The position numbers and the translations under genes were made by a program. A DNA stretch of 64,000 nt from Lama guanicoe (lineage: Eukaryota), in the NCBI GenBank assembly GCA_013239625.1, contig MU056000.1:7663214-7727213 (forward strand), in the 5' to 3' direction. The notes under the pieces are model-generated. The model was not told the DNA's origin. It searched no databases and saw nothing but the letters and a program-made list of their open reading frames with translations. Shown in pieces: positions 12,232-24,346 of the stretch. Positions within the stretch are counted from its first letter, which is position 1; each line of letters starts with the position of its first letter.

Positions 12232-12909
12232 CTAAACATGTACCCACTACACTTGTAATTCATTCTTTTGAAAGATGAGCACACGTGGCGTGGGGCAGAG
12301 ACGAGGGCCATTTTTATAGATAATTGCCGACGCTTTTAAAGCTGCGTGGGTAGTGGTAGCTGATAGTGGAAATCCTGATAAACTCTTAAGTATGTCAACT
12401 GAACCGGGATGCTAGCAGAGAACGCAGCTCCCAGGAGTCAGCTAGGCAAGATGTGGTCACGGAAGACAGGAGATGCTGTTTTAATAAAGTACCATTGACT
12501 CTTTGTCTTTTTAACAGAAAATAACCTATTGCTGGCCTGAAATTGAAAACATATCACTTGGAGTTTCTGGTGGGAATTGCTTAGAGCAGAGCTGTACATT
12601 CAAATGTCTGAATGGTACACTTCACTCATCTCCAGGAGTGACTTAGAGAGATTTGTGTGGACAGGCAAGAAGCTACATTGCTGTGCAAACCTTTTAAAGG
12701 GTATGAGAGAGAATTAAAAAAAAATCAACAAGCAAGTAAATGGATGCGCTGTGGATGGAACAGGTAAAACACTGACTGGCTGTTGTTTAACTTCGCAGGA
12801 AACTGAGGGTGTTTTAAAAATAGTGTCTAAATTCAAAACCAAGCCATTATAAGAAATGAAGGCTTTGTTGAGCTTTTGGTTGTGTGGGAAGCAAAACTGT
12901 GGATATCAG

Positions 12910-14010
12910 AGAGTCACTTTGCTGGAAGGGACCTTAGAGGTCCACTTAGTGCAATTCTCCTATTTTGCCATTGGAAGAAACTGAGGCTCTGACAAGAAAG
13001 GGGCCTGCCCAAGGTCACTGGTTAGGTAGTAAGACAGTGAAAGTTTAGAAGGCCACATCATAAGGACAGAGCACGGGGCAAGGTTAAGATTAGGATGCTG
13101 ATACCTTGATAATGTGTCCGTGGTGATGAGTAAAAATCTGGGAGACATTTGCAAGCTAAGGATCCTGGCTCCTCCAAGCTGCAAACAGCAAGCTGAGCAG
13201 TGTTTGCCACGGATACAACTGTTGGACTCTGAAAAGTCGTCTCGGTTTCCAGGTTTCCATATCCCCGAAGGGGATCTCACCTACTGAACGTGGGACCTGA
13301 ATGAAGCCCGGCAAGGTCAGGTTTATGTCCCTGAGAGGCACTCAGTTCCTTCGGTGCCGAATCAAGATGCAAAAAGGCAGGACTGAAACAAACAAGGTGA
13401 AATCCGTGTGCGATTAAAAAGATCAAACGCACAGATGCAAAGAGAGAAGTCCTGATGAATGTAACTCACATTTGCAAGAACAAAAACAACAAATAAAGAT
13501 GACCTAGAATGTTAATGGATTCAAGCTTAGGATGCACCCAGGGTGTGATTTGACTGTTGAATAAACTAAAAGAAAATTTAAGGCTTAGTGTCCAAGAGAC
13601 CTAGAGGAAGGAGCTTACAGGGGGAATAGACCTAAGGTGAGTTTAGGAGGGAACTTTCTTGCTACTTATTGGGTTAGGTAGGGCTGTCTTAACTTGGTGT
13701 GCTTCCCTGGAAGGGTGTGAACATCTGGGTGAACGTTTGTTGGGGATGCTGTAAACAAGGTACTGCTTTGGACTAGATGGCCCTCAAGTCCCACTATATG
13801 TGTCCAAAGGCCAGCATAGCTCTCCAAATCCCATCACTTACTGTGTGACCTTGGAGAAGTCATTTAACCTCTCTGAGCCTCTCTTTCCTTGGCTGTAAGA
13901 TCAAATTTTTTTTAATATTTTAAAGGGCATTTTAATATTAGAATTAAAAAAAAAACCAGAGTTTAAGAAATGCATGCTGAAGCTCTTAGTGTGGTGCTTG
14001 GTACATGATA
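12910..14010. mobile_element. Cluster of ancient repeats: MIR (~12910-13060), L3/CR1-like (~13280-13790), MIR (~13830-14010)
   Basis: gaaactgaggctc...cccaaggtcac and tgtgtgaccttggagaagtcatttaacctctctgagcct MIR cores. The CR1 call is weaker. Confidence 0.65.
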
Positions 14011-14254
14011 ATTTTTAAGCAGTTTGTGTCTTCAGAGCTTTCTGTCATTTATCTATAATAACTCATTCAGGGATGAGCATGTGACCCCATAACGACTAAT
14101 GAGATACCTTGAGACTGTTGCTGAGGCTTCTTGCAGTTATTCTTGCTTAATGGATTTAAAGCTGAGAAGGTAAACTTTCTGGGGATTTTATGACATCTAC
14201 ACCTGGTTATTACAGCCAGGACAGCTGGAGTCAGAGCTGAGAGAGAGAGGAACA

Positions 14255-14410
14255 GATCCACGGTGACTTTATCTGACCCCTGAATCCAGCCATGCCTGAA
14301 GCCTGCTGACTTCTGGACTTTTCAGTGACGTGAGTAGATTAATTCCACTTTGTTTACTGCAGTCTGGGTCAAGTTTCTGCCACATGCAACCAAAAAATTG
14401 TGACAGATGT
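14255..14410 (+). mobile_element. MaLR (MLT1J/K-like) LTR 3' end
   Basis: ccctgaatccagccatgcctgaagc...ctggacttttcagtgacgtgag...tttctgccacatgcaacc. Confidence 0.7.
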
Positions 14411-15389
14411 GGTCCTCGAAAGAGACATCCTCACATTTTTATAAGTTTATTATTACTGCTTAATGTGAACATGCAACCTGGAAGCTACTACTTTCTTCCA
14501 TGCAGGGAGCTATGGAGCCACTGAAAGCACTGCCTTGCTTGATCATCTCTGCTAAGAGCCCAGTGCAGCTGACTTTGATATGTCAAAGACACGTTGACCT
14601 GAAAAGTTTGCTTGTTATTTTTAGCAACTCTTAACTTAGAGTTAGTACCCTTAAAACCACAGCTGCTGCTGCTTTAGTTCCCCGTCTCGCTGCCAAAAGC
14701 CTGATCAATAAAGAATACCTAGAATGTCTTCAAACTTAATTTAGCATCTGGCCTGAGGAGGTGAATGCCAAGTCTGGGTCTCACAGCAAGCAAAAGTTGG
14801 AACCCAAACAGAAATGCAGAGGAATGCATAGTCACTGTAGATCNNNNNNNNNNNNNNNNNNNNNNNNNNNNNNNNNNNNNNNNNNNNNNNNNNNNNNNNN
14901 NNNNNNNNNNNNNNNNNNNNNNNNNNNNNNNNNNNNNNNNNNNNNNNNNNNNNNNNNNNNNNNNNNNNNNNNNNNNNNNNNNNNNNNNNNNNNNNNNNNN
15001 NNNNNNNNNNNNNNNNNNNNNNNNNNNNNNNNNNNNNNNNNNNNNNNNNNNNNNNNNNNNNNNNNNNNNNNNNNNNATCTGCTTGCTAATTAAGTTAACT
15101 TTGTTAAAACTTGCTAGAAATTGGGTTAAAGCTGAAATGTCATGACACCAGCATGGACAAGATTGTCGGAGACACTGGCTCTTTCTGATGTCAGCTTATC
15201 TTATTGGCCTCTGGAATTGTCATGAACTCAGAGAAAAGAGGTGGATCTGCTGATGAACTGGAATCTGAAGGCTGCTGTCCAAGGTTCTGGAGAAGAGCGT
15301 TAGGGTCCTATTGGTTTCTGTAGATGTCAGTCATCCAATGCCGGTATCTTTCCCAGAGGAGAAGCCTCTTCCCTCTTTTGGTGCTGGAG

Positions 15390-15485
15390 GTAGCGAAGCA
15401 TGCACGAGGTCCTGGGTTCAATTCCCACTACCTCCATTAAAGTAAATACATAAATAAAACCTAATCCTTCACCACCACCAAATGA
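15390..15485 (+). mobile_element. 5'-truncated Vic-1-type camelid SINE
   Basis: agcatgcacgaggtcctgggttcaattcccactacctccattaaagtaaatacataaataaaacctaat; homologous to the copy at 43754. Confidence 0.8.
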
Positions 15486-15587
15486 ATTTGAAATATCAAA
15501 TGGGTGCTGTCTTTACAGTGATTATACATCTGTGACATCCACTTACATCTACATTATATTCGAGCATGTGTTATGTTGAACTAAAAA

Positions 15588-15771
15588 GTCTGTGTCCAAA
15601 TTTTCTCCTGTTTTAAGGACACTGGTCATACCTGATTAGGGTCCACCCTAGTGACCTTGTTTTAATATAATCACCTTTAAACACTCTAGTCTCAAAATAA
15701 GATTGCATTTGAAGTACTGGGGTTTGGGGCTTCAATATGTGAATGGCGGGGGCGTATTTCAGCCCCTAACA
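15588..15771 (-). mobile_element. MaLR LTR fragment (MLT1A/B-like)
   Basis: taaggacactggtcat...gattagggtccaccc...cagcccctaaca. Confidence 0.8.
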
Positions 15772-16726
15772 ACCCGTTTCACATTTTGGTGCTGAGTAAG
15801 CAAATGATATGCCCTTCTTTGTTGACATATTTCTTTCTCTGAAAGCTCTGGTTATCTTTCAAGGGATGTTTAGACATGAGATAGCAGGGCCATGAGGCAA
15901 AGCCAGAAGGAGACCTCAGAATCATGGTTCAGTTCAGAAAGCATGGACCTGCATGAATGGTTAGGGGGGATTCGTGGGGTGTTGAGGCAAAAGCCTCTTG
16001 CCATCCTCCCTTAGAGGATCCCAGTTTGTAGGGATTTCTAGACATTTATGCCTTGACTTCACTTACGCTGGAACGTTCATCCATCTCTGTGATCAGCAGA
16101 CCAGGTTGCAAATAAGCCTGTCTCTTTGTATGAGACAAAAATATAAGAGGCTTCATTATAATTGTCATTCCAGTTACTGAGCAGAATTTACTATAAACTA
16201 CATTAATTAACTCAGGAGGAATCCTTTCACAATGTATACGTATATTAAATCTTCACACTGTACACTTTAAATATCTTACAGTTTTGTTAATTATATCCCG
16301 GAAAAGCTGGTAAAATATTTAGACATTGATTGACCTTTTGTTACTTGAGGGCTTTCCTTTCCTCCCATTTCCTGTTCCTTTTGTTTTATTTGGATTTAAT
16401 CTGTTCCTACCCCTCCTACCTCAAGATGCATGAATATTATTAATTAATGTAAATAAATTTAGCAAAAGAAATCTGTTTATTTTAAATCAGAAATAGATAT
16501 GAGAATTGCCACTGTTCAGGGATTCTGGAAGTGCATAACAATAGGAAATACATGAGTTTAATTCCCCAATTCACCCCACAAAGAATTTAATATAATCTAG
16601 ATTACTTTAGGGTCTTATTCTAGGAATTTAGATATCAATACAGCAAGAAGATATTTTAAAATTGTGTTTTGTTTGTTTGTTTTTGTTTTCTGCATGAACT
16701 CTGACGGTCCTGTAGTGAAAGCCAGA

Positions 16727-17163
16727 TGTTGTAGACAGAATACAGGCCTCCCAAAGATGTCTGCATCCTAATCTCCAGAACAGGTGAATCTGTTACCTTC
16801 CATGGCACAATGGACTTCATTGATGTGATTAAGTTAAAGAGCGGGTGATAGGGAGATTTTCAATGTAATCACAAGCATTCTTATAAGGGAAAGAGGGAGG
16901 CAGGAGACCGAGATTAAGAGAGGGAGACAGACACAGATCTGAACGAAGATGCTGTCCTTCTGAGTTAAAGATGGTGCCAAGGAATACAGGTGACCTATAG
17001 AAGCTGCAAAGAGCAAAGAAACAGAGTTTCCCTTAAAATCCCTAAAAGGATCAAAACTCTGTTGACCCATCTTGGATGTCTGACCTCCAGAAATAATAAT
17101 TTTCTGTGTTTTTTAAACTACTTCATGTGTGATTTGTTGTAACAGCTGTCCGAACCTAATGCA
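16727..17163 (+). mobile_element. MaLR solo LTR (MLT1D-like)
   Basis: TG start, cccaaagatgtctgcatcctaatctccagaa...gatgtgattaagttaa...tctgacctccagaa...gatttgttgtaacagc, CA end. Confidence 0.88.
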
Positions 17164-17883
17164 TTAGGGAACTCCACGTACTGAAGCAGCCAGAAGTAAC
17201 GACGTAACATTACCGCTGGGTAGCGGGGACATGTGCCTCAACACGCCCAAGGTTGGGGACCGTGTTCTACTTCTTCATTTTTCTAAAATAAGACATGCCA
17301 CAGCTGTCACTTTTATGGCTGCTTTCTCTCCTCTGGGCTGTGGCAGAATCTGACATAAAATGTCCAACAAAATGGGCAGCCCAGGTTCTCAGTCTATCCC
17401 TGCTCCCGCTGCTGCTGGCCCTGCTCTGGGTGAGGGCAGGGAGATGCTCTCCAATCTATGAATCTCTCTTCTGCACAGCTCTGTGCCCTCCGGGCTTCAG
17501 CTTGGAGCCCTTCCCTTCCTCTGTCCTCCACAGAAACTGCAGCCCTGCTGACTGCTCTTCTCCCAACTCAACTGCTCCCACCTGGCACCCCTCCTGTCCA
17601 TCTCTCCTTCCGGGGCAGGGCATTTGCTCCTACTACCCCTGCTGGACACCTGCAGGGATGACGGCCAGCACTGCCCTCCAGCCCTGGGAAAAGAGTCTCC
17701 TTCACTCAGGACTGCCGCCTTAGAAAGTGATCCATGCTCATACACAGCACTGCTTTCCTTGCTGTGTCTGTTTTCCAAGAATTTTTGTATCTCTTACATG
17801 GTAACTTCCATCAATGTTGGTGAATGAGTGAACACTAATAACCTACATTTGGACGGCAGAGCACAGTAATAAAAGCAGTCAGA

Positions 17884-18275
17884 AGTGGTGTGCCGAGCGG
17901 GCCTGCATCAGCTCGGAGGCCAGAGGACTGAGCATTCAGGAATTTGCAAGGTGATTGTTAAATATAGCTATTATCAAGTATCAAATTATATAGATACTTA
18001 ACAATTAAGTGAATTATTTTGAAAATAACAGTAATAAATGCTCAGAACCCATCACAGCCTAATTATTTCACTACATTTCACTGCGACTTAAGCTCTTGAG
18101 GTTTTAAAAACTATTTATGTCTATTTTATATGTATCCTGGAAATAATACAGGGGTGTGTTACTGAGCACCACTTTCAACTCTGCATTTAGTCACATCATA
18201 TTGGCAGCTGGAAATCGGTCATGGTGTGTGCACTTACAGCACAGAAACTGGCAAACGTTATAAATCAAGGAGTTT
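17884..18275 (+). mobile_element. MER63-type hAT DNA transposon fragment
   Basis: agtggtgtgc...caggaatttgc...cctaattatttcactacattt...gaaatcggtcatggt...ggcaaacgttataaatcaagg. Confidence 0.8.
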
Positions 18276-18471
18276 TTCTTTTGTTTCTACATATAAAAAT
18301 ATAAAACCACACCTATAATAATTAAGATTAAGATAATTTTACCATTATGTATACCACTATATATAACCACACATATAATAATTAAGATTAATCAAGTAAT
18401 AAATTCTTGATTCTTTTTACTTTTCTGTAAAGCATTCTTTAGAAAAATAATGGCAGAATAGAAGGTCAAAT

Positions 18472-18659
18472 TGGGGTTGCCAGATAAAATACAAGATGCC
18501 CAGTTATATTTTCAGATAATAAAGAAAAAATTGTTAGTGTAAATATGTTCCAAGTATTGCATGGGACATACTTATATTTTTTAAAAAATTGGCTATTTCA
18601 CTGAAATTTAATTTTAACTGGATGATCTGTATTTTTATTTGCTGAATCTGGTGATCTTA
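18472..18659. mobile_element. MER53 palindromic hAT MITE
   Basis: gggttgccagataaaatacaagatgcccagtta...gcatgggacatacttata...taactggatgatctgtatttttatttgctgaatctgg; the two halves are inverted copies. Confidence 0.9.
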
Positions 18660-20374
18660 ATTAGATATTCTTTCTTTACATATTATCAAAATGGGACGAT
18701 GCCTTGCCATAGTCTTTGTGAATTATTAAAAAACATAGCTCTGTCTTTCAAACTTACTAGGGTCAAAATTAATTACATAAAAATGCTTATCATGACCCGG
18801 TAACTGGACTAGTGACTGCACTCCCAGTGAACTTCCACTCAGAAGGGACTGCCAATCTCCTCTTTGACTTTTTAGACATCTTTGGAATAAAACAAGAGAA
18901 CCATAAAAAAGTATAGGTTTCCCTGTCCTTTCATGTCCATTCCTTAACGCTGTTTACTACTCTTTCCTCCTAGGTCCTCACAGCACCCTCCCGGTGCCAT
19001 AGCACTTCGGGCGCCAGTTCTGTTACTGCCAACAGCTTCTTTTTGACTTGGAGGCATTCCCATTCTGAAGCTACACACTCCCAAAGACAACCTGGCTCAG
19101 AAGAAAGCTGTATCAATCAATATTCAATCCATCAGATCTGCGTTACTCAGGGTTTTCAACCTTTTAATCATCTTTCATTTGTACTCGGATATAGATCATG
19201 AGCATATGGAGAAGGTAATTGCTTAAGAACCTAAAATTACTCCAATATTAGTTGTATATTGAGGCAATAACATGGCTTCAGACCCATTCAGTTATGAATC
19301 CACAGTATACATTACAGATAGTAAAAAGAATCAGGTAGGATGGTGACTAGGGAAAGTATTTACAGAATGCCTTGCTGCTTATCAGAATTAGTGTTGGGGC
19401 TATGTTCTTTGTAATGTATTTTCCTAAATCTTCAGAAAAGCATGTTCCTATTCTGAGGACACGATGACGTGAATATATAATTCTTTACCTTGAGATTTCT
19501 TTCATCAATCCAGCCCTCTGTTACTTCCTAGGAAAAGGCAAAGGAGAGTCTCTAGAATGTGAGTATGAGTGCTTAACAATTGCTCATTTTGGAATATTCT
19601 GGGGGAATTAAGTGCTTCTCAAGTGCTTTCAGAAGAGAATGATTTTAGGGCAGCAGAGTACCCTTGTAAGCCAAAGGGAATGTGGCCCGTGCTTATGCAC
19701 ATGGGTTAAAAATAACCCCTTTTACGTGCACAGCATCTCATTAATTTCCTAGTGTTTTATTTGTCCTCTTTGTCCTGCTTGCCACCAGGGAGGCTCATAT
19801 TATAACCTTCACCTATTTTTAGGATGAGGGGAGTAAGGTGCAGCGACATCACATTGCTAGCAAATGTTGAAAAATTGAGGCTTTTCACCTCTAGACCATA
19901 ATATGGGATACTTCCTGCAGGAAAGGTGGTTTGAGCTGTGGCTTCAGAGAGGATTAGGAGTCTGCAAAGAAAAGGGGTCTTGGGGAGAGGACAGCGGGAT
20001 TCCCTAGTATCCACCCTTTACTCTGGACCCGGTGGAACTTCAAGCGCAGCGAGGAGGGGTGTCTGCTGATCCCCAGAGGAGCCTCCTCACCACACGTCTG
20101 CCTCTTGCAACATTCTCCCTGGATCTACCCTCAGCATGTGTGACTTAACGTGTCCACAATGGAGGGGAATTTCTTTGCCAGTAAGATTTTTCTTGCTTCG
20201 TCTCATTGCTGGGCTTCCAGCCACCCACACTCACATCTTAGAGGGACGTTTAGGCCCCTTCATCATTCCTCGTGCAGCTGCCAATTGCTATGAATTTTAC
20301 ATCTATACCACTTCACATTAGATTAGTTTTAGCTACAATTCTCCTGGCTCAGATTATTATGTGTTTTCTGGGAC

Positions 20375-20723
20375 ATTATTCTCAAACTTTGATGTTCCTA
20401 CAAATCACTTAGGAATTATGTGAAAATGCAGATTCTGTATTTTCAATACATTTCTAGGTGATGTTGATGTTTCTGGTCTCCAGATTATATTTTGAACAAC
20501 AAGGTTCTAGATTATTGAAATGATCTTAGGAGTAATCTTTCTCTAGGCCAGTGGTTCTCCAAGTGTGGTCCCCAGACAAGCAACACCAACATCACTCAGG
20601 AACTTGTTAGAAATGCAAACTCTTGTTGAGGGCCAGCCCTGCCTAATCTGAAACTCTATTCTTGAACCAATTGTCCAGGTGATGTGCTCCAGGTGATTCT
20701 GGTTGTAAAGTTTGAGAACCACG
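20375..20723. mobile_element. Two adjacent MER5A/B hAT-Charlie MITEs (~20375-20510 and 20549-20723)
   Basis: cagtggttctccaagtgtggtccccag...ggaacttgttagaaatgcaaa...aagtttgagaaccac. Confidence 0.85.
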
Positions 20724-20737
20724 GAGCTAACCCTTAC

Positions 20738-21953
20738 CTTTACAACCACCATATGCACCCCAGCATTTTAGTAAAGATGCTGTGAATAATCGTCAGTGTT
20801 TCCACAATATGGCTGTCAAGGGCCTCAGAATTTCCCGCTAGCCTGACCCCTCTTTCTCTCTACCCTCTTCCTGTTCCTAATTTTAGAGGTATATTTGTTG
20901 CATGCTCTTCCCTCTTCATTCCCTATGATTTAACATCAACATTCTTCTTTTTCTTACAGCACCTCCCTTATTGCTCATTGAAAGCCTGTCTGTTCTTTGA
21001 GGTCTAGTCAAACACTTTCTCCTCTAAGTTGTGCTCCTAGGCCATCAGCTGGGAGTGCATATCTTCTCTTCCTCATCCTTAGTTGTGGCCAGCACACTGT
21101 GCACGGTATTAGAACAATGATTCTCAGCTGGGTCCAGTTTTGCCGCCCACCCCCTGGGGACCTTTGGCAATATCTGGAGGTGGTTTTGATTGTCCCAGAT
21201 CAGGTGGTAGTGCTGTAGGGATCCAGAGCGCAGAGACCAGGGATGCGGCCCAGAATCCTGCAAAGCACAGGACAGCATGCCATCCCTGCCCCCAAACAAA
21301 GAATTACAGAGTTATCCAGCCCCGAAGTCAATAGTGCACTAGGGCGATATGAGACTTGTGTCTTCTCCAGTGGCTGTTGTCAGCAGCGCCCTGGGTCAGG
21401 TCTTCCTCGTGAATGCACGTTCGTATGGAGTAGCAGGCACTTGATAAAGCTTTTGTCTTCAGTTTACTGAGGAACTGAGCAGCCAAATATTGTACAGTTT
21501 AAAAATCTGTGAAGCTAATGTGGTCATGGTGGAAACTTGGGCCAAGAGTTGCATTGTCTTGATGGAGACTCAAACCCTTGACTTAGAACTCCACCTTCAC
21601 CCTTTCCGAATGTGCTCAGGGAGCTGGGAATGGAGAGTTTCCGTCATTGTTTGCGTGTTTGTTTTCTACTTCATCCTCAGTGGCTGATGAGACGTTAGGT
21701 GCAGCCCAGTTCCTTATTATCAAACTGGTGAAGAGACTGGAGGTCCAGTTCCTGCCTTGCCAGTCATGACCTGAGTGTCTGCCTTAATTCTTTGGTTTGG
21801 AAAATAACGTGTTTGTTTCTTGGGATTGTTCTAGCTGTCGTTTGTAAGTGACTAGAGATCTCAGTTTCTTGATTTCTTAAGGCCAAGGACTGCCCAGCGT
21901 GTCCCAGATTCTCCTTACTGTTTAATTCTTCAGAGTCTAAAGTGGTATGTTCA
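20738..21953 (-). pseudogene. Candidate relic large exon interrupted by MER20
   Basis: Acceptor cacctcacctcatctcag| and donor AAG|gtaagg. E/Q/K/S/T-rich broken frames on both sides of the MER20. Confidence 0.4.
21115..21338. mobile_element. MER20 hAT-Charlie MITE
   Basis: caatgattctcagctggg...ggggacctttggcaatatctggag...gagaccagggatgcggc...gtcaatagtgc. Confidence 0.88.
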
Positions 21954-22439
21954 CTGAGATGAGGTGAGGTGCATAAGGTCCTCTCGCCTGGAGAGCCCTC
22001 ACTGAGGGAGGGAGACCAGCGTATGAACATCCTGACCTGGGACCACGCCACCTTCCCTTTGAAAAGACAGAATCATTGGGCAGGCAGGAAGTCTGTTCTA
22101 AACACACACCAGTTCACTCGTGCGATATCCCTGGGGCAAACCAAACTCTGAAGTTCTCAAATTTTAGAAGGTAATTCAGGTGTGCACAGTAAGCTACATT
22201 TACCCTGAGCTGCATCTCGGCAGCCCCTGGGGGCCACATGCAGTACGTATGAGAAACAGCTGGGTAGCCACACCAGGCGTGAAAAATAAAGATGCCTGAG
22301 GGCGTGACATCAGTTCAGGTTTTGCCATCATGTGAGCCACATCTTTGGTTTAGAGATTTGGGGGTTTTATAGGGACCCAGAGTTGATGATAGGGTAGAGG
22401 TCAGTTAGGTCTTTTTTTGTGTGAATGTGCATTTTATTC

Positions 22440-22660
22440 TATTAACATAAACACTATTTTGCTTGGGTATGTAGCTAGGAGTCAAACTGCTGCATCACTG
22501 TGTATTTAGTTTTAGTAGATACTGCCAAATAGTTTTCCGAGGTGGTTAAATCACTTTGTACTCCACCAGCAAATTATGAGTTTCATTTGCTCCACATCCT
22601 TGTCAGCACTTGGTATTGTCTTCCTTTTTCATTTTAGCCATGCTGGTAGGTATATGTATT
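22440..22660 (-). mobile_element. Old L1M fragment (antisense)
   Basis: tttagtagatactgccaaatagtttt...gctccacatccttgtcagcacttggtattgtc. Confidence 0.8.
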
Positions 22661-22812
22661 TTTATATTTTGAAATTTTGAAGAAAAAAAATCTAGGCCAT
22701 TTCAGGAATTTAACATGAGAAACTTAAAAATACAGAGTTAGGTAGCTTCACAGAGTGTTAACTACTAATTCTTAGCCTGATTTATTTATTTCTTAATGAG
22801 TAAGTCTTGATT

Positions 22813-23030
22813 TATTTCTGAAAAAAAACTTTTGTTTTTTTATTTGAAGTATGGTTGATTTACAATGTTGTGTTAGATTCAGGTGTACAGCAAAGTGATT
22901 CAGTTATATATATATGTATGTGTATATATTCTTTTTCAGGTTCTTTTCCATTATAGGTTACTACAAGATACTGAATATAATTCCCTGTGCTGTATAGTAG
23001 GTCCTTGTTGTTTATCTATTTGACATACAT
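22813..23030 (-). mobile_element. Short L1 3' end (antisense) with 10-bp TSD
   Basis: gaagtatggttgatttacaatgttgtgttag...ccctgtgctgtatagtaggtcc; AGTCTTGATT at 22803-22812 and 23031-23040. Confidence 0.9.
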
Positions 23031-24346
23031 AGTCTTGATTAGATGGTTGCTCAACATGACTTTGGGTCATAATGTCCTGAACACAGCCTGAAACTCAATG
23101 TTCGGGTGCTGAGGAGGGCAGCAGGGCCCAAGGGAACCTCTGGGGGAAAGCCGTGTTGGATGTCAGCAGACACAGGTACAGGGCTGGCTGCCCTCCTGGG
23201 CCTCCTACATTGCTTCATTTACGAGTTTCTTTGTCGTATGGAGGTTCCAGGGTGGACCTGTGGTCTTGAGATAAAGACTAGGCTGGTGAGGTTAGGTTTC
23301 CATCAACCACCTGGCCACGGCCTTTCTTTCCCTTGGGCTGTAGAAGGTGGTGGTGAGCTGAGTCATTTCTGGGTTTGGTTGGTGAGACACAGAGAAGCCT
23401 GGAAGGAATCACTTGTAAACAGCACTTTCTCAGACCAGAGTCAACTTCCTTGACTCCTTAGTGAAAACACCATGTCTTCAAACAGCCAAACCCTACTTGT
23501 CAGGGACACAGCTCTCAGATACAGGGGGACAGTATCAGTCAGTACAGAAAAGCTGCAGTCAGAGGAACAAAGCTGACCAAATAAATGTATATAAATATAC
23601 TGAATATAAACACTGCTTTTTTTTCATAGTAGCTTTCTGTAATGCTGGAGTCTTATTAGCAAGAAATGGCTCATCACTCATTCACCTTCACCTAGTTAGC
23701 ACCAAGTATGATGTGACGTCTTGTGTCACCCTAATTCTTATAAAATTGTCTGATAGCTTATTGTCTAACTCATGACTGACAATGAGGATTACAGTAGTAA
23801 TGTGCGGTATTAAAATTGAATCAATATTAAAAATCTTATTTAATGTTATTCATAGTGATATAGTTTGTGTTCCTTAAATAGGTCCTGGTGATGGTAGCTC
23901 TCAAGTGAAAAAAAAAAGGATCTTTTTTTCATACCTAGTGTTTGAATTTCACACTCTATTAAATGCATTGGGTGTATGTGTGTCCACCATAAAGACTGAG
24001 AGGAGAAAGAAATTTTCTCCCCTTTTTCTCTCATTTCCTCTGAAAAACACCATTCCCTTCTCAGTAGACGATCCAAGATCTGGAGGCTCTTGTAGACCCA
24101 AGAGGCAGCCACTCAGGGGTCACACCTGGTAACCTTAGCACAATGAAAGCAAAAGCAATGTTTCTTGCCTCTTTGGGCTTCTATCCAATACACTCATGTT
24201 GTGAATAAATCATCACCTGCTGATCAAACTTTATTGCCAAGGACGTGTTGGGGGTGGGGGACTTTAAGGCATTCTGCAGTGCAGATTAAACTTCATCTGT
24301 CATCTCTCTATTGAACTATCTGTTAGAGCAGGCAGGTAGGTAGATA

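Noticed and set aside
17295-17723. 142-aa ORF with a signal-peptide-like Leu-rich N-terminus
   Set aside because: CT-rich sequence leading into an L2 tail gives Leu/Pro/Ser by composition; no promoter, splice or family evidence.
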